Shown here piece by piece: positions 1 to 12,143 of a stretch of 64,000 nucleotides of DNA (position 1 is the stretch's first letter; each line of letters begins with the position of its first letter). Where the stretch lies: the NCBI GenBank assembly GCA_963921275.4, contig OZ001293.3:5792001-5856000 (forward strand), in the 5' to 3' direction. Source of the DNA: an uncultured Hormoscilla sp. (GTDB lineage: Bacteria; Cyanobacteriota; Cyanobacteriia; Cyanobacteriales; Desertifilaceae). The position numbers and the translations under genes were made by a program. The notes below the pieces were generated by a model. That model worked only from the letters and a program-made list of their open reading frames with translations. It made no database searches and was not told where the DNA came from.

Positions 1-299
1 AGATGAATTTAGTTTCGCCTAAATAGAGCCTGTTTGATAAGTATTACTTATAACTTTAGTTCCTATCTACAGAAGCGAGTGCATCCATACCCATATTCAC
101 CCAAATTACCGTCGAGCGCCTTGTAATTTCCCCTAAAACCTTATTTTGCCGAAAAATTTGACACTCGTCACCTGTGAGTTGTTGTGCAACCCATAGTTTC
201 TCAAGCCCTTACTGGATAAATATTTCAGCGGCAAACGATCGAAATTCCAGCAGATGAGCGTGTCGCTTAATTTTATTTCAGGCTATCTGCTTGACTGGA

Positions 300-1253
300 C
301 CTTCAAATCATAGTATCCCAGCAATCAAATTAAATCTGAGTTGAAATCTTTTTCTTCGATTACGATAAGTTTCTCCTAAGATTTTAAATACTTTAAGTTC
401 TCGATTAACATGTTCAATGGCGACCTGACGACAAATTTAGATTTATTTTTTTGTCAGATTCAATTGACCATTTTTAGGCTTTTTCTTAGGTAATTGGCTG
501 TTTTTATGAAGATTCTGAATACCTTGATATCCTTTATCAACATAACATTCAATTTCTTTATGAAAATGAGTTTTGCTCTTTTTAAACAAAATGTACTTCC
601 TTTGTAAAATGACAAATTATCTCTTTGCTCTCTAAATATCCCTTGAAATTTAACGTTGCTTTTGTTTGCCGCTATAATACTTTTTTTGCTTTTTTGACTG
701 AGGGTCTTTCTATAGGACTTTCTGTTGCATCCATTGCGGTAATTTTATGATAATCTGGTAATAATAAAGCTTTCTTCCCAGGTAGATGAAAGTCTGGATG
801 ATTAATTAAAATTTTCTCAGTTTTCGGTTCTACAAACAGTTGATTCGCCGTGTCTCCTGGGAGCTTGATGTCCCCCGGAACCACGGCGCGGGGGACATCA
901 TATTCGCACAAAAGACACGGCAGAGACATCCCACCTTTTATTTAAAGAAAAATATGAATGATACTCCCGATAATATTCTAAAGTCCTTAAAATTTGTTCA
1001 GATATAGATAATTTTGCAGGTCTAGCTTTTTTTTTCTTTTGTTGCTCAGATAAATTGACGATCGGAAACCATTTTTCTATGAGTTTCAGGTAGGACACCA
1101 AATAATCCTATTCATATCCGAGGGGTTGGTTAGCCTGTTCTTCATTCATAAGTAATCCTTATCATTCGTGCTCGCTAACCACCTATTATAGCCTAACCTG
1201 TCAAAAAAACATGAGTAAAAATACTCATGTGCTCGACTTTTGCAAGAGGTCTA
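300..1253 (-). mobile_element. Degenerate IS5-family (ISL2/IS702-like) element with fragmented transposase
   Basis: Minus-strand fragments LSISEQILRTLEYYREY, DATESPIERP..KK and LKVFKILGETYRNRRKRFQLRFNLIAG, with frameshifts. Terminal repeat GACTTTTGCAAGAGGTCTA at 1235-1253; the same end recurs inverted at 9853-9871. Left boundary is approximate. Confidence 0.75.
847..921. mobile_element. 75-bp palindromic mini-insertion in the IS702-like transposase
   Basis: Termini GCCGTGTCT...AGACACGGC and inner hairpin TGATGTCCCCC/GGGGGACATCA. Removal rejoins WDVS|ESTVCR. Confidence 0.65.
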
Positions 1254-2463
1254 CTGGTTAAATCATGTGGTGCAGCCCGTGAGATTTGCTGCTAGCATGA
1301 AGACCCTCCATCAACATGGTTATAAGGTGTTTGTAGAGATAGGTCCGAAACCGACCTTATTGGGAATGGGTCGTCAATGTCTGAGGGAAGGAGTAGGAGT
1401 TTGGTTGCCCAGTCTGCGTCCGGGTCAAGGAGACTGGCAACAAATACTTCAGAGTTTGGGTGAGTTATACATCCATGGAGTGTCTGTGGACTGGTGGGGT
1501 TTCCATCGGGACTATCCGAAGCAAAAGATAGTATTGCCCACTTATCCCTTCCAGCGAGAACGCTACTGGTTGTCACCAAAAGCAATCTCTGAACCCGCAG
1601 CATCAATAGGGAACCAGACTTCTTTCAAACCCAACAAAACGGACACTGAAGACACAGTCGCAGCTAAAATCCAGAGCATAATCTCAGAGATTGGCCAAAT
1701 TCCCAAGGAAAAACTTAACCTTGATAATACACTGCGGGAACTGGGTTTTGACTTCTTGATGTTAATGGAAATGAAAAGTAGATTAATGGCGACCTTTCCC
1801 ATCTATAAAGATTTGCCCCTGAAGGTGTTATTTGGCAGTGCAACAGTTGGGTAGTTGCTCGATTTCGTATCCCTAAATATCTTGGCTACTTCAGGTTGGG
1901 AAAATCGCCAGCAATCTCCCCTTAATCCACCAGCTTGGGCAGTATTTCAAGATTGGGCAAGGGAATTCCAGCCCGGGAATATTGTTCGGATAGAGAAGCA
2001 TTTAGTTCACAAGCATCAAGAGCAAAACGTGCTCATTTCCCGAATCGAACAGCTAGAGGAGGACTTGATTATTGGTGAAGTAGTCCAGGACGTTTACCAT
2101 CCATTCTTTTACGAACACCCCTTGGATCATTTACTGGGTTTATATATCATCGAAGCTGCCTGTCAATTTGCAACCTTCCTCTGCCATCTTTACTTGAACG
2201 TTCCTCTAAATATGCCGTTTGTACTCGAGGATATGGGAGTTCAGTTTTACAAGTTTGCAGAAACCCATTAACCTCTATTTTTGAGTACGAAAATCCATGA
2301 CAAAGTCTAGACTGACGGTCTACTGGAACATCTCCAAGTCAGGACGTCAGTTATTCAAAACGAAGAAACTATTGCATCGAGCGGTGGGATTGGCAGGATT
2401 TTTGAGCCTGCCAAATACAACATCTTGAGAAAAGAAAGTCTTCAAGCACTCATGTCTGAATGA
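1252..2463 (+). pseudogene. Type I PKS 3' fragment: AT C-terminus, ACP and AfsA-like hotdog domain
   Basis: YWLNHVVQPVRF, FVEIGPKP and LPTYPFQRERYW (AT/post-AT); LGFDFL (ACP with Ser replaced by Phe); LVHKHQEQNVLI and FFYEHPLDHLLGLYIIEAACQ (AfsA-like). One frame with stops at 1852, 2269 and 2308; 5' end abuts the IS terminus. Confidence 0.75.
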
Positions 2464-2498
2464 ATTGATTAATTAGATCCAAATATAGGAGAAGTAAA

Positions 2499-4069
2499 AT
2501 GGAGCGAAAAACCTATGCAGTAGTTGGTGGTGGAGCCTCATGAATCGCTGCCGCCTATTATCTTCAACAGCAGGGAATCAAGGTGGAACTCATCGAGGGA
2601 GGAGATCGCCGAGGCGGTCGTATAGCCACCTGCAGTTTAGGCGATCGTCAAGTGGCTATGGGGGGCAAGAATATTGGTAAAGGCTATAACCTGTTTCGTC
2701 AGTTTACTGAAACAATGGGGAACAACCCTTATGAATTCTTTGGCTTGAACAGCTCTCAGGTAAAAAACGGTAAGATTTTTACCCTGGATGGCAGCCGACG
2801 CTGGCGCGGTATCTTCAAGTTTCTCGAACGCTATCAAGTCAAGGATATTTTCTGATTCTTGCTGATGTGTGCTGCTGTGAAGCGAAATGAAGCCAACGGC
2901 TATTTGGGTGGTCCCTACTTTACTTCATTGATACGGAAGTTGAAGGATCAGCCTGTCAGCAATTATTTCAGCCAAGAATTTTGCCAGAGACTGATCCGCC
3001 TGATGTCCGTGCGCATGAACGGAGCAGAACCTGATGAAATCTACGTAGGAAATCTAGGTAGCAATATCCGCATGATTTTGGATACCTACGAACAACTCTG
3101 CAATGGCATCGATCCGGTTTTGGAGCAGTTTTCCCAAAAAGTATCGGTGGGTCTGGGTACAACCGTCAAATCACTTCTGTATTCCAACGGTTCCGTGGTT
3201 GGACTAGAGATGGCTAACCAAGACGGGATTCATCAGCAGCGCTATGATGGGGTGATTCTGGCAACTCCTGCTCCGGTGACAGCCAAGCTGGTGGAGCCCC
3301 ATAATCAATTGCTAGCAGAGATTCTCAGTGGTGTTAGCTACTATCCCGTGATGGTAATTGTGGCGGAGTACAATCGTACCATTTTCTCCGAGCAAGTTCG
3401 GGCTTTGGTTTTTGGTGCTGAAGAACCGATCAGTAATGCAGGTTCCTATGGTAGGGCTTGCTGAATAAAACCAGAAGCCTTGTCAGATAAGGATTTCAGG
3501 CATTTTGGGTACCCTAAAAGTGCCTTGTAATGACATCTGGGCACTCAAAAACCTTGCACATTCATCAGAAATAGTTGGGTTTCTTGAGTCCCATTGGTCA
3601 CGAACCTACGATAATTCTGCGCTGTGTGACCTCGCACATTCGCTTTGAAAACTTTTTCAGCAAGCTCTATGGTATCAACGATCGTCACATTGTCCGATAT
3701 ACCTTCAGCGGTCGCTCTGCTCGACCTTATATTGAATCAAACGCGGATGCAGAGGAATTACTGATCATAGCCGAAGAAGCCCTAAACCGCTATATTCCCG
3801 TTGATGCTAGGGAACGAGTTCAATTTGTATCCCAGCGAATGCTAACAGGACTGTGTGCCTATACCCATAACTATCAAGACTTCTTTGGGAGCATCCAGTC
3901 CCAATTAGAAACTCTTCCGGGACTGGAGATAACCGGAGATTACATCAATGGAGCTTCTATTGAAGCATGTTTTCAAGCAGGTAAAGCATGTGTAGAAAAG
4001 GTTTTGCGATGGCGTACCGCTATTGTGCAACGGGAGCAAATAGCTCAAGGAGTGCTTATTCACCAGTAA
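2499..4069 (+). pseudogene. FAD-dependent oxidoreductase (amine oxidase/protoporphyrinogen oxidase-like)
   Basis: RBS AGGAGA then MERKTYAVVGGGAS*IAAAYYL (Rossmann motif broken by TGA at 2541). Second stop at 2853, MITE at 3454-3667, C-terminal GDYINGASIEAC. Confidence 0.8.
3454..3667. mobile_element. 214-bp MITE with 7-bp target-site duplication
   Basis: TIRs GGGCTTGCTGAA / TTCAGCAAGCTC; TATGGTA duplicated at 3447-3453 and 3668-3674. Excision restores SYG|INDRH. Confidence 0.9.
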
Positions 4070-4145
4070 TTTAATATATCTTTTTACGTGGGGGAAGTTT
4101 ATTGATGCTGGTCAAACTTGTGTTGCCTCTGATTACTTATTAGTA

Positions 4146-5157
4146 ACTCAAGTTGCGACCTATAAAAATTGGATACAAAAAGCTATGATAAAGAGAATTA
4201 TTTTCAACTCTAATCCCTTAGATGTAACAGCATGAATTGACTTGGGAAACAAATTGGTGATTCGACTAAAACAGGTTTCAACTTGTTTTCTTGTTACTTT
4301 TTGTATATATTCAAAACAAGAATATTCTTTTCTTTTTGAGTTCTTTTTTCGCAAAGGTTTTAATATTATACTTGACGACTCTTTTAGTAAATCCTATAAT
4401 TGATAATCATTATAAGCTTTATCTCCATAAACTATTGAATTTGATGGTAAGTCAAAGCCAAAAGATTGCAAAACTTTAACATCATTATAACTACCAGGAT
4501 CTAGATAAAATTCTATTGGCTTTCCATTTTTGTTTACCAACATATGAACTCTTAATCCATAAAAATAACGTTTTTTACTGGCAATATACCCTCGATATTC
4601 TTCCTTGTTATAAATTTGGCATCTATCAATCCTAATATTATCACATACTGGCACCGGGAAACTATCAAGAATATATTCTTGACCCGGATTGAGCTCTTTA
4701 AATGTTTGAGCTATAACTTGGAAGAAAAACATCCAAATTGGTTCCTCAATATTGTGTAATCGACGATTGAACCTACTTTTACTTAACAGATTTTTTATAT
4801 ACTTGTGTTGGACCATAAATTGACAAGAGCGATCGTAATGTCCTCCGAAAAAATATGCAGCAACTAATCCGACTGTCATCACTTCGGCATTGTTCATTTT
4901 TACTTGTGGATCTTCTTTTATATTTAACGCTTTTAGTAGCTCGTCACAAAGAACAAAAATTGTTGTAATCATATCTTCCATCATCTACATCCCCCAGCAA
5001 TTAACTATTATTTTAGTACATTATAACCTATAAACAGCCAACCCGCCGTCTAGCACAAAAAAAATATAATTTTGTATCAAAAGCTACGAAATATCCCAAA
5101 TATCTGTAAAGTCTAAGTGGGTAATTCATATTTTTTTTAATAGGTCGCAACTTAGGT
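4146..5157 (-). mobile_element. IS982-family element, copy 1
   Basis: TIRs ACTCAAGTTGCGACCTAT / ATAGGTCGCAACTTAGGT; TSD TATTAGTA at 4138-4145 and 5158-5165; near-identical to copy at 30874-32054. Confidence 0.9.
4160..4984 (-). pseudogene. IS982 transposase with nonsense mutation
   Basis: Nearly the same protein as 31216-32040, but GAG is TAG at 4394-4396. Confidence 0.9.
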
Positions 5158-5170
5158 TATTAGTAAATCG

Positions 5171-5305
5171 GGGTGCATCTCAGTTTTGAAATTTAGCAAT
5201 TGAAAATTGAGCAAGAGTTAATTGAGAATTGTTCCATTTTCCCTTCCGAATTCGCAATTAACCCCGTACCATTCGCAAATACAAATACAAAAGTGAGATG
5301 CTCCC
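5171..5305. mobile_element. MITE, about 135 bp
   Basis: TIRs GGGTGCATCTCA / TGAGATGCTCCC; GTAAATC repeated on both flanks. Confidence 0.7.
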
Positions 5306-5315
5306 GTAAATCCTC

Positions 5316-5507
5316 CTAGAGAGTCGGTCCAGTAGAGGGGGTTGACAAAAAAATCAAATGTAATGCACTAAAACCTCGGTCCATTAATATAACTTGACAA
5401 ATACAAACATCTGTGCATCAAGGAAAAACGTCCCGATCGCGGGGCGATTTTCCACAATTATTCAATAGAAAATAGAAAATAGAAAATCTACTGGACCGAC
5501 GTTCTAG
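5316..5507. mobile_element. MITE bounded by CTAG
   Basis: 21-bp TIRs CTAGAGAGTCGGTCCAGTAGA / TCTACTGGACCGACGTTCTAG. Confidence 0.8.
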
Positions 5508-5546
5508 CAACCCTTGAGCTGAGGCGGAGCCTCAGACCCTAGTTCA

Positions 5547-5949
5547 CGGGGTGTGGTCAAAAATAGTTGATGGGGATGCCTAGTACAGCTAGCTGCACTA
5601 GGTTGTACCCTAAGGGAGAACAGAGAACTCCGAAGGGATAAATTACGTTACAGCATGTTTGGACATGCCGTAACGTAACTATTAAGTCCAAACTCCGAAA
5701 TAACCTCACGTCAAAGCATGTTAAAAAAGGCAATATATCAACTAAAAAGTCCTATTTTCCGCAGATAGTTATGTTTAAGTATGTAAAAAAGCGCTTTCTT
5801 TAATAAATATTAAGATAGTTATGCATTTTTAAACATTTAAAAGTATGTTATACCTGAACTAAAAAGTCCGAACTCGGAAGGGAGAACAAGAGGCAGGTTA
5901 AGAAGTCAGAATTCGCAGAAATTACCAACAAGGTTTTGACCGCACCCCG
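5547..5949. mobile_element. Non-autonomous element, about 400 bp
   Basis: TIRs CGGGGTGTGGTCAAAA / TTTTGACCGCACCCCG; related solo ends near 32272-32286 and 56222-56238. No clear TSD. Confidence 0.6.
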
Positions 5950-6112
5950 GCTACCAACGTAAAGCGGGACATCAATCAAGCCATGCATATGTATAAAAAA
6001 GCACCATGAACCTGAGGCACTGATGAGATACAGTATAGTGGTTGACAAATAGCGTATCACTGGTAGTGGTTACTTCCGGATTTTTGGGGGAACCAAGGCG
6101 ATGAACCCACTA

Positions 6113-6271
6113 TATCGTAGGTTCGTGACCAATGGGACTCAAGAAACCCAACTATTTCTGATGAATGTGCAAGGTTTTTGAGTGCCCAGATGTCATTACA
6201 AGGCACTTTTAGGGTACCCCAAATGCCTGAAATCCTTATCTGACAAGGCTTCTGGTTTTATTCAGCAAGCC
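6113..6271 (-). mobile_element. Partial inverted copy of the 3454-3667 MITE end
   Basis: Near-perfect reverse complement of about 3454-3612. Confidence 0.85.
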
Positions 6272-6291
6272 TTACTTATCTGTCGAGCGCA

Positions 6292-6830
6292 TCAATATCT
6301 GTTCAAAAGTTTGGGCTCCGACCAAGTCGATTGATAATAATTGGACCAATAAGTTTGCCAATCATTATTAACTCTTAAGCTCCTTAAAGCTAACATCTCA
6401 TCATCCTTCTCAATTGTCCACCAAGCACCGGGCAATTTCAATCGTTCTTGAATTACATAACGATGCGCCAATTTCTCCAGAACCAATTGGTAAATTAGCC
6501 TCTATCGCTCCTTGCTCGTCCAAGTATTCAAGCCTGTTTTTTATGTGTACAAACTCGAACGGGAGCTAATTTATCAGCTATATGCTCGGGTTCCATATGG
6601 GGGGATAAATTATTTAATACCTTGAGTACCTGATTCTTTTTAAGGGATTGTTTTTGTTGTTTTAACCAAGTTTCCTGTGACTGAGAATTCCCACCAAATA
6701 TTCACATGATAAAAATCTATTAGATAAGTAGCACTTTCTCCAAACAAGCGCCTCACCTGATTGACAAGTGGCTCCGATGGCATGAAGCTTAGTCTTGCGA
6801 CCTATACCAGCCCTAATAGCACTATTTAAT
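6292..6830 (-). pseudogene. ISKra4/ISLre2-like transposase remnant
   Basis: HRYVIQERLKLPGAWW...MLALRSLRVNNDWQTYW C-terminal signature; upstream part fragmented. Confidence 0.55.
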
Positions 6831-7042
6831 AATTGTTTTCCTGTATCATCTACAGTACCTACAGTACCTGCAATGATAGGATTTTTCTCCCCTGCGCAGG
6901 AGTGATAGAGGAGCTAGAGTTTCACCTTTCCAAAACCCAACTGCTGCAAGACCACACCGTAGGGTGGGCACTGCCCACCAACGCCGCGAGCCAGAGCCTC
7001 TTGAGAGACGTTCCCTGTCAGAGTCAGGGAACGAGATCGTTT

Positions 7043-8134
7043 TTAGTCGAGCAACTTCTGGAATACTTCCAGCTGAGTTGTATCTCGGATAATCAGAAAA
7101 ACGCCCAGTCCCAAAAGTAGCATCAACCCCGTCTGCATGACATTCTCTTGAACTTTGGTAGGCAGAGGTTTGCCCCGCAAACCCTCAATCAACAGAAAAA
7201 CTAGCTGTCCGCCATCCAGGGCGGGAAGGGGCAAAATATTCAAAATCGCCAGGTTGATACTAACGATCGCGGCAAAGAACAGCAGGTTAGCAGAGTCAGA
7301 CTGGGCAAACTTCGCCCCGGCCTCGACAATCTTGACTGGACCGCCTACTTGATGCGCTACTGACTTAAAATCAGTGATTAACTGACCAAAACCTTGAACT
7401 GTCCTGACAAAGATATTTTGAAATTGATCAGCAGCTACCCTTAACACCTCAAAGGGATTTTGGGCGGCACGATAGATCGGCGTACCATGGGGATAGAGTT
7501 GCACGCCTATTCGCCCTTTGCCATCTGGTCCTGCTTCCGGCGTCACCCTCAGAGTTAAAATTCTGTCGGTACGCTCAACCATGAGGGGTATTTCCTGGTT
7601 GGGATGCTTTTGAATCTCAGTTTGTAACTTGATAATGGCATTTTCCTCCGCACCCAGTTGCTGACGATTAATAGACAAAATCACGTCCCCAGCAGCGATA
7701 CCAGCGCGGGCAGCAGGCCCATCCCCTGATACTATCTGCGGTACGAGAACTCCTGGTTGATAATCAAGTCCTGCTGGTATTCCCTGAACGGTCAACTGCC
7801 CCACTAGCACTACGTAAGCAAAGACCAAATTAGCAATTACCCCAGCGCTAATCACGATCGCGCGGTCCAGGATCGGGCGATTACTTAACAAATTGGGGTC
7901 ATTGGGGGGGATATCACTATCTGGGTCATCATCGGGAAAACCCACAAAACCCCCCAGGGGAATGGCGCGGATGCCATACTCAGTTTCTGTACCCTGGTAC
8001 TTCCACAATATGGGACCAAAACCCAGAGAGAACCGGTTGGCATGGATGCCTTGCAAGCGAGCTGCCATGAAATGACCTAGTTCGTGAACAACTATCAGCA
8101 CCGCCAGAACTGCGATCGCTCCTAAAACTGACAT
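7043..8134 (-). CDS. rseP: RIP metalloprotease RseP (M50, PDZ domain)
   Basis: HELGH motif, PDZ domain, NILPLPALDGG motif. Confidence 0.95.
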   Translation of the reverse strand: MSVLGAIAVLAVLIVVHELGHFMAARLQGIHANRFSLGFGPILWKYQGTETEYGIRAIPLGGFVGFPDDDPDSDIPPNDPNLLSNRPILDRAIVISAGVIANLVFAYVVLVGQLTVQGIPAGLDYQPGVLVPQIVSGDGPAARAGIAAGDVILSINRQQLGAEENAIIKLQTEIQKHPNQEIPLMVERTDRILTLRVTPEAGPDGKGRIGVQLYPHGTPIYRAAQNPFEVLRVAADQFQNIFVRTVQGFGQLITDFKSVAHQVGGPVKIVEAGAKFAQSDSANLLFFAAIVSINLAILNILPLPALDGGQLVFLLIEGLRGKPLPTKVQENVMQTGLMLLLGLGVFLIIRDTTQLEVFQKLLD

Positions 8135-8197
8135 ATATCTCCTTACCTTTCGCTACACACTTCTTATTGTAGGCTGCTGCTTGTAATTTGACCGGAA

Positions 8198-9493
<1,296 letters not shown>

Positions 9494-9540
9494 CTATATC
9501 CAACCAAAATATTACCATAATTCTTGAGGTGCTTAGCGAT

Positions 9541-9825
9541 CAGTTGTATTAGAGGTAGGTGGTCAGTTGTATTAGAGGTAGGTGGTCAGGGTAAGCGCAA
9601 GAATCATGCTTGGGGCATCTATTCTCAACTATCATGATAATGATTGCCATATTATTGCCAATCTTGCACAAAGCGTGAGATCGTGGCTCCATATCACATT
9701 TTGGCACAATTTTTCTTGCGCTTGCCCTGGGTAGGTGGTCAGTGGTCAGTTGTATTAGAGGTAGGTGGTCAGTTGTATTAGAGGTAGATGGTCAGTTGTA
9801 TTAGAGGTAGGTGGTCAGTGGTCAC
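9541..9825. repeat. 23-bp tandem repeat (CAGTTGTATTAGAGGTAGGTGGT), five units, split by a MITE
   Basis: Two units before and three after the MITE; no unique spacers. Confidence 0.9.
9587..9729. mobile_element. 143-bp ISAs1-like MITE
   Basis: TIRs CAGGGTAAGCGCAAGAA / TTCTTGCGCTTGCCCTG; 10-bp TSD GGTAGGTGGT at 9577-9586 and 9730-9739. Confidence 0.85.
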
Positions 9826-9852
9826 TCGGCCTGGTACGCGGTCACTGTTCAC

Positions 9853-10440
9853 TAGACCTCTTGCAAAAGTCCCAGGGGGGGGATTATAGATGGACTTAGC
9901 TTGGGCTAATCATCGGGTGCATCCCAGTTTTGCCGTGAGAATAAATATGTAAATATTTATTCTAAGGAAATAAGAGTCTGAGAATTTGCCATTGAGATAG
10001 GCGCAACGATGGAGTAGAACTTGAGCTACATTTGACAGGGTTTACCTTTAGGAGTGCGCAGTCGAACTTTCCCACCTGTATAACTTGACAAGCATGCAGA
10101 TGATAGTATCTCATGCTTGTCAAGTTATACAGCCCGTCGATACTCCGGAACTTCAATTTTTTCAATCTCTTGCGGTAACTCAAATTACTGGCCCTGAACT
10201 AAAGGTTGTTAAGTGCTATGACCAACTGCCATTTCCTTTAAAGCTATCGGAGCTTGTTAGGCATTTTTATAGGATCCATTTGCACTCAGTAACAAGCAAC
10301 AATTTTCTCAATACGGACTGATTTTTGCAGGGCTTTTAACTGGAAATTTATCGGCTTTTTTATTGGTAATTTCAACTTACAAATAATACTTTTTATCCTT
10401 CGGATATAGCCTTTGTTCCGGTTTGTTTCAAGAAAATATT
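9853..10440. mobile_element. Mixed IS ends and degenerate remnants
   Basis: IS702-like end at 9853-9871, GGGTGCATCCCAG end near 9915, AT-rich broken coding sequence. Confidence 0.4.
10076..10132. repeat. Perfect 21-bp inverted repeat with 15-nt spacer
   Basis: CTGTATAACTTGACAAGCATG-N15-CATGCTTGTCAAGTTATACAG. Confidence 0.9.
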
Positions 10441-10692
10441 TCTGGGGGACAAAAACAACGAGTGGCGATCGCTTGTGCTTTAGTCAGTCATCCCGCCTTA
10501 GTATTGGCGGACTAACCCACAGCGGCCTTAGACAGTAAATCTGGTCGTAACGTTGTCGAACTGATGCAGCAACTAGCCAGAGAGCAGGGGTTGATGGTAA
10601 CTCACGATCGTCCCATTCTCGATCTTGCCGATCGCATCTTGGAGATGGAAGATGGGCGTCTGGTTGACTCCCTGGTGACATCCGCAAGTTAG
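10441..10692 (+). pseudogene. DevA-type ABC ATPase C-terminal fragment
   Basis: SGGQKQRVAIA...VLAD*PTAALDSKSGR...MVTHD...EMEDGRL; the Walker B Glu codon is a stop. Confidence 0.8.
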
Positions 10693-10754
10693 TTGCCATT
10701 AGTAAACAATGCTGTTCACATCTGAAGATGACATCACCGAGTTCCTGTCCTTCG

Positions 10755-11603
10755 TTATCGAGGCCGGGAAGTACGCGCACTCCGAGTTTTTCCGCTAGTT
10801 GTACTCCGAGTGGACTTGGATGAACTTGAAGAGGTGGATCTGCTATTTTGCACAATCCGGGAGGTGCTGCGTATTGTCACATTGCCTTCTTCACGCTGAT
10901 CTAGCACTAGGAGCGGCGTCGGTTTTGCCTTTTGATCCCAATGCAGGCCCACTATGTATCCTTGAATTGTCGGTTGCCAGGTATTATGATCTGCTGTCGG
11001 GCTGAGATAGGTTTCGATGCAGTCAATAATGTCACTAATCGTTTTAGAAGTCGCCTGGGTGCGTAATTTCGTCAGATTAATTCTAATCCGGAACAGAACT
11101 CTTTGTTTCCCTTTCTGTCCTTCTCCTATATTATAAGTGACATCAAATATTGTACTCACCTTACGGCCTTTGCCTGCCCTTGATTCCTTGTTGTTGCCAC
11201 CACGCAGAGCTGGTGCAACTTTTTCTTTCACATTCACCTTAATCTGGTTCACAATCACAAAGTGGAACACATCTTCGTCCATCCGCATTCTCAGATAGTC
11301 CAGGTTAAATTCCCGGGATTGAACCAAATCTGGATTGGTTTCCATTTTGGTGATCGTAGCTAGAGCCAGCTTTAAATTTTTTTGCATATCTTTGTTCTTA
11401 AATTCCTCAAACTTGATTTTCTTTTCCAGCCTTTTAATAATTCGGAATTTGACAAACAATCCGCCACCAATCAGGGCTATCAAGAGTATAACCTAGGGGG
11501 CAAGCAAGATGGGCACCAGCAGGGAATTTCCTGACTCTGCTGAATTTGGCTTGGCTGGAGTTTGAGCCAAAGTGGGTTGATGGAGTATGATACGGTTGAG
11601 CAT
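10755..11603 (-). pseudogene. Membrane-anchored hypothetical protein with in-frame TAG near the N-terminus
   Basis: ATG at 11603 is in frame with the 242-aa ORF; TAG at 11493-11495 falls inside the hydrophobic segment. The shorter ORF could still be expressed. Confidence 0.55.
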
Positions 11604-12143
11604 GGTAGATACCTGCTATAAATTCAAATTTATCGTCTGCTTTTATAGATTGCACCAAACCACTGTCCCCAGATGTACGCAAATATAACTAAAATTTAGC
11701 TCTGGGCGATACCAGTGATATCACATAGACAAGCAGATCGCCTTAGAACCGGCGAGGGGAGTTGCTAGATGTGGCCATAGCGGATGTCTTCGGGATCTGC
11801 TGCCGATCTCACTTCACAGGGGGTGTATAAATAGAATATCACCCCTGTCAAGTGACATCGCCTCTGCTTCCAGCATGTATAGATAATTACACTGATTTAG
11901 GGACTATGTTATCTTGGCAAATCAGGTAGATGTAAGGGATTGTCTTTAGGCGAACACGAAACTGTTTGATATCATCTACAATTGCGGATATTATATATGA
12001 TAACATCTGATCGCCAAATTTCCACATCTGCCATACGGTAATATTCATCCACGGTCCCAAGACCCATAGGGCATTTCTATTATTGTTAACTTTTTTCCTA
12101 ATTGCTCAATTCTCCATTAACAATTGCTCCATTCTCCATTCCC

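Noticed and set aside
9541..9825. CRISPR array
   Set aside because: Repeats are contiguous, the only intervening sequence is a MITE with TIRs and TSD, and no cas genes are present.
11700..11860. Structured ncRNA or riboswitch
   Set aside because: One hairpin (ACAGGGG...CCCCTGT) but no recognisable family motif; a covariance search would be needed.
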